A DNA stretch of 64,000 nucleotides from Fimicolochytrium jonesii. Its lineage: Eukaryota. The notes beneath the pieces were generated by a model, which was not told the DNA's origin, ran no database searches, and saw only the letters and a program-made list of their open reading frames with translations. Shown piece by piece: positions 59,160 to 64,000 of this stretch. Position 1 is the first letter of the stretch. Each line of letters opens with the position of its first letter. The stretch covers positions 310,001-374,000 of the forward strand of contig NW_026515696.1 in the NCBI RefSeq assembly GCF_025526975.1, written 5' to 3'. Made by a program: the position numbers and the translations under genes.

Positions 59160-59292
59160 GTTTTGTTGGCGTGTGTAGTGAATTGTTGTGTTGATGTGGG
59201 TAATTTGTTATGCGTCTGCTTTGATTCTATTTTGTTGGCGTGTGTAGTGTTGTGGTGATGTGGGTAACTTGTTATGCGTCTGCTTTCATTCT
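59160..59292. repeat. Tandem duplication of about 70 bp
   Basis: TTTTGTTGGCGTGTGTAGTG...GATGTGGGTAA-TTGTTATGCGTCTGCTTT-ATTCT occurs twice. Confidence 0.85.
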
Positions 59293-59669
59293 TCTTCTAT
59301 GCTGAATTTTGTTCTTTGTTCTTCTTTTTGTTTCGTTTTCTGGGCACGAGGAGCAGATGAGTAAACTGGCCAAAGTGTAAAAGACGGCGCACGGGAGGTA
59401 CCTTTTTTTTTTTTTTGGTTCCGTTATTTATTTTCTTGGGGTTTTTCTACAGGCACCACAAGTGAGCAACAGGGTTGAAGACGACGAACAGGAGGAGCAC
59501 CCTCACGCACCTTTTTATTCTATTTTCAAGTCGGATTATAACGGACGTATCTGATCTTGACTTGGACGTTGACGTTTAAATTGATCGGCGGTGATGTTGA
59601 AGATACAACGGCCGATGATGTTGGATGTTGGTGAATGAGTGTAAGCTTGCGGTGAATGCGTGTAGAGTA

Positions 59670-60650
59670 GACGTTGAACGCCCTTGGTAGTGTTGGAGAA
59701 GCCGTGGTAATGATGGTTGCTGAGTGAGTGTAGATCCGGCGTTGAACGTCCTTGGTAGTGTTGGAGAGTGCGTGTTATGATGCTTGCTGAGTGAGTGGAG
59801 AGCCGACGTTGAACGCCCTTGGTAGTGTTGAAGAAGGCGTGGTCATGATGACCTTGACGCCGACGTTGAACCGAGTGAGTGTGTGTGTAGTTGATGTTAA
59901 TGGTCGGCCTTGTTGATGTGAGAGAAGGCCGTGGAGTGGTGCTTGAGGTTGTTGAACGGCCTTGGTGGTGTTGGAGGAGGCCGTGGATCGGTGCTTGCGG
60001 AACGAGGTAGTGTTGATGTTGTTTATGAACGGCCTTGGTAGTGTTGGAGGAGGCCGTGAGGTAGTGTTGATGTTGTTGTTTTTTGAACGGCCTTGGTAGT
60101 ATTGGAGGAGACCGTGTATTGGTGCTTGTGGAACGAGGTAGTGTTGACGTTGTTGTTGAACGGCCTTGGTGGTGTTGGAGGAGGCCGTGGATTGGCGCTT
60201 GCGGAACGAGGTAGTGTTGATGTTGTTGTTGATCGGCCTTGGTAGTGTTGAAGAGGCCGGATGCAGGGTACTGGTGATTGATGCTTGAGACGCCGATGTG
60301 GGAAGCGCTTGGATTGATGTGGATAGGCTTGGATGGTATTGGATGGATGCCCGACGACGAAGCGCTTGGTGTGTATAGATTTAGGTGGTCTTGGATGGAT
60401 GCCCGACGACGAAGCTTGGATTGATGTGGATAGGCTTGGATGGGTGGTGGTGGGTGCCCGATGACGAAGCGCTTGGTGTGTGGTGTGAGTGATGTGGGAA
60501 GCGCTTGGATTGATGTGGATAGGCTTAGGTGGTCTTGGATGGACGCCCGACGACGAAGCTTGGATTGATGTGGATGGATAGGCTTGGTTGGGTGGTGTTG
60601 GATGCCCGACAACGAAGCGCTTGGGTGTGTGTGTGAGTGATATGTGGGAC
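59670..60650. repeat. Composite G/T-rich minisatellite arrays (two unit families)
   Basis: About 8 copies of TGAACGGCCTTGGTAGTGTTGGAGGAGGCCGTG (59670-60260), then repeats of GCTTGGATTGATGTGGATAGGCTT and GATGCCCGACGACGAAGC (60290-60650). Confidence 0.9.
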
Positions 60651-62602
60651 GCGTTGGGGGCTGTAAGCGCGCGCGTGAAGCTGGTGTTGTTTCTTGTTGT
60701 GTTTATTAACACGTCGGGAGTTGTGTTTCCTGAGTGTTTGGGTGAGTGGGAAAAAGTCAAGGTGGGAAATTTGCTGCTCGCGTTTATATGCAGGCGCTGG
60801 AAACACGTTGGCTCGCTTACGTTTGAGGTCAAATTTACAGCTTACATAACGCGTTTTGGTTCCAAATCGTGAGACTGGAGATACAAAACAGCTAGAAATC
60901 ATGTTTCGTAACGTTGCGAGCCCGTTGCAAACGAGAATGTTGCTACATTCGTAACATGGGGACGATCTACGTGGAATTGGAGATGACGATGGGCATTAGG
61001 AAAGTGACCTCCAAAAGACATGAAACATGCCTATCCATGATCGGGAGAATGAGAGGAGTTCAGAGAGCCCACGGGAAGTGAGTCTGCTCATCTTCGAGAA
61101 TTCCATGATCTCCCTGATCATCTGATCTGGCACACGTCCCATCTGATCCTGGCACACGTCCCATATCGGTAGTTGGCAATGGGCATAGGTTACGTGGGTG
61201 CTCCAAGCAACGGAGAGTCCTTTCCTACTCCGCAGGTTCGCTTGGATGCACCCTCCATCCTGTAGTGAGGCCCATATAACCGACCCTCTGTGTAACGGGG
61301 TCCTGTCTCGTGTTATTGCCCACGCGTTATTGGGGGAACCCCAAGGGACTCCCGACTCCCTACTACAGGTTGGACCCCATGCTTCATGCTGGGGCTGCAT
61401 GCTGTAGTGCATTTCAATAAAGGTCGCCCCTCTCATATGGTGTGCTCCAACAGATGTGGTTGGTTTTCCACGTCCAGCACGTTCCGAAGCGCACCCTCCG
61501 ACCCCTGCCCGCTTAGGAGGTGAAGGCAGTCGTCCATCCAGCCAGCTGAGAATCCGCTTTCGACCGTGGAATGTATGGTCCATAGGTATGGTGATGGAAA
61601 TCCATGATATCGCTCGAAGGGTTCTGCACTCATGTATGGCCGCTCTCTAACGAAGATCTATCCTGGGCTGGACAGATATCCAGAAGCCAGTGTCGGCCGT
61701 GCGAGAGACGCTGGTCAGCCGGGTCTATCTCATATCATGCATGCCTGGCTCCCCGGAAGCACCCTCGGAAGGCATATCGTATCTTAAATTCGCGTTGATC
61801 GGCTCGCTTGAAAGGGAACGTGCATTCTGCAGTATAAACTCCATGTGAGGTCATTCTCCGCGAAGAGGGTCATCCGACTTGGATTGACGAGAGCGTTGTT
61901 TGTCCTCAGAAGCCTGGGCCGGATGCTCCCTGAGTTTGGAGAACGCCAGGCAAGAATGATGCGGATACGACACTCGTCATCGTTTACCTTCACACCTTGG
62001 ACGCAGGAGGTGAGGCGACCGCATTCGATCGTAACGACACTTCGAATTTATGAGGCTGGATCAGTACCGTTTTCGAGAGCGTTTCTTGGCAAACCGAAGT
62101 AAACCTTTCGCGGATGGAAGGTGAGCCCGTTGAGGAAGAATTCGCTGTCCGACATGCTGTCCTTGAACACGAGGGCAGCTAGTTTAGCCTCCACCGAGTT
62201 GCGGATGTGAGAGGCGAGTCTCACTTCAAGCGCAGCACGCGACACTCGACGTCAACACGGTCAACACGGCGTCGATAAAGGATGAAAGCAGCGAGCGCTG
62301 GGTCTGCCTGCCTGAGCGCAACAGCAGCAACGCCGCCTGCCCGATTCCAGAGTGCCCTTAGCGGAAGGGAAACGAATCTCGATCTGCTGTTTGCGCGACC
62401 ATCAAACCGTTGTAGACAGCTCACCCCGCCTCAAGCCTGCCGTTATCGAGAGCTTTATCAACAAACACCGACAAACACACTGCTCCACAAGGATCCAAGC
62501 ACGGCGACCTGTAGGCGATCACTCCTGGCCCGATGGGGGCCTCGAAGAACCATGGAATGTAGGAAGGATCGCGTCAATGCGTGACGTGGGCAGCTGAAAC
62601 GA

Positions 62603-62862
62603 CGCAAACCCCTTGACATCAACAGGAGACTGACTGGACAGGGCTGGCCAACAATATTCTCTCATAACCGGACTCCTACCAGCTACGCAGGACTCGACAG
62701 ATGACGGGTTGGACAGCGCCAACATCGCCACACATATGGTTGGCATCGCAAACCCCTTGACATCAACAGGAGATTGGCTGGACAGGGCTGGCCAACAATA
62801 TTCTCTCACAACCGGACTCCTGCCAGTTACGCAGGACTCGACGGATGAGGGATTGGACAGCG
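62603..62862 (-). repeat. 144-bp-period (48-codon) duplication within minus-strand ORF 62519-62959
   Basis: Two 116-bp copies encoding LSNPSSVESCV(T/A)GRSPV(V/M)REYCWPALSSQSPVDVKGFA. Confidence 0.9.
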
Positions 62863-64000
62863 GACAGCGGACCAGCCGGTACCAAGGCCAAATTAGTTTT
62901 GCTTGACACGACCTGGCTCGGAGAACGTACGGTCCAGCAACCATACGTTCACCGACCATTGCTGCCTACTCTCATAGGACGGGGTGCCGATGTCGAAAAG
63001 TCCTCTTGCGGACGGGGCGGATGCAAGAGCTCCATCAAGCGCTACAGTATAGTAACTCGGACTTGCGCAACTATCATCATTGATTCAAAGTGCATTTCGT
63101 AAGCTTTGAAAGCGCAGCAGACACGGGTACGTTCACAGTTTGAACCTTTTGTGTGTGAGGTGAATGCCAATTGACGGTCACTTTCAGGAGCAGACCGATG
63201 GCGTAACCCCTTCAAAGCGAAAGCCTCGTCAAAACGGCCCGATCTCCCCAAATGAGTTCATGTCTAGCGCAACCTGAAGATCCGCGATGAATGCCCTAGT
63301 TGGATGATGCGGGGGGAGCTCTTTTGCAATCCGCTGCGCAACCCGGCCGGCATAATTATGATGACAAGGAGGCGGTAGAGTGGCATGAGCTAAAAGTTGT
63401 GCTGCATCGTCTAAACCCTTGCGTGCGAGAGGAGACATGAAGCTCGCAAGGGTTTCCGCATCGGATGGGGCGGGCGGCGATGAACGACCGAAGGAGAAGA
63501 ACTCCCGACATCCAGCTCCCGAAGGTCGTGTCTTCCTCGGGATCTTCCGCTTGCCAAACTACGCGCCAGTTTACCTCTCGCCAGCACGGAGATAGGTGCA
63601 GCGTCCAACTTTGGTCCCCGGAACGCTTTTTTCCCGAGTCTCCATCCATGCACACGCCGTTGCTCCTCGTAACATGTTATATATACTCTCAGAAACCCCA
63701 CCCTGAGTCTGTCTATACCTCTACCTGCCCCCCGCGCAAAATCTGATCGTAGAAATAACCCACATCGCTTAAACTACTTCTGGGTGAAAGGGAATCTACC
63801 TGACGACATGGATAATGACAAAAGATTGGCTCCCCATTGCGGTGGTGGCCGGAATCTTGTCCCCATTTGTTTGTTTGGTTTTCTTTTTCTCTTCCCAATC
63901 ACATCTCATCCGGCTCCAAGCACGTATCCAGCGTGTCGCGGTTGCACGTCGGTCGCGTGCCTAGTTCGGGGAACAGCCCGTTCTCGTACAGCCAGAGGAA

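Noticed and set aside
59670..60260. CRISPR-like pattern (repeat of about 33 bp with variable spacers)
   Set aside because: Spacers are related to one another, repeats are degenerate, no cas genes are present and the context is eukaryotic; this is a minisatellite.
62405..62470. LLIKLSITAGLRRGEL on the minus strand, resembling integrase box I
   Set aside because: The GEL codons coincide with a plausible GTGAGC splice donor (with CTAAG and CAG downstream giving an in-frame join), a stop follows shortly after, and no HxxR/Y motif was found.

Overview
Eukaryotic genomic DNA with short GT-AG introns and CTRAC branch sites, most likely a zoosporic (chytrid-like) fungus; the taxon is an inference. 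Intact conserved genes: a GT2 glycosyltransferase, a fasciclin (FAS1) protein, a two-finger SreA-like GATA factor, stomatin, a DCAF12-like WD40 protein, a secreted tandem-CBM21 protein and a type-B carboxylesterase. These alternate with fast-evolving accessory blocks. The main block (about 18-31 kb), next to an inverted pair of identical tRNA-Lys(CTT) genes, is an array of 8 essentially intronless BTB/POZ paralogs ranging from intact to 5' stubs. They carry a variable-length insert at one fixed BTB loop and a C-terminal Cys/His motif, and four of them have a recurrent CGCGCTGTCGA 11-mer (one copy with a mismatch) just upstream. Other accessory content: a third tRNA-Lys copy, a decayed spliced gene with weak Crypton-like tyrosine-recombinase motifs, a frameshifted internally duplicated membrane-protein gene, an MDR oxidoreductase pseudogene and a repeat-rich tail (55-64 kb). 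All assignments come from reading motifs by eye; no database search was run.
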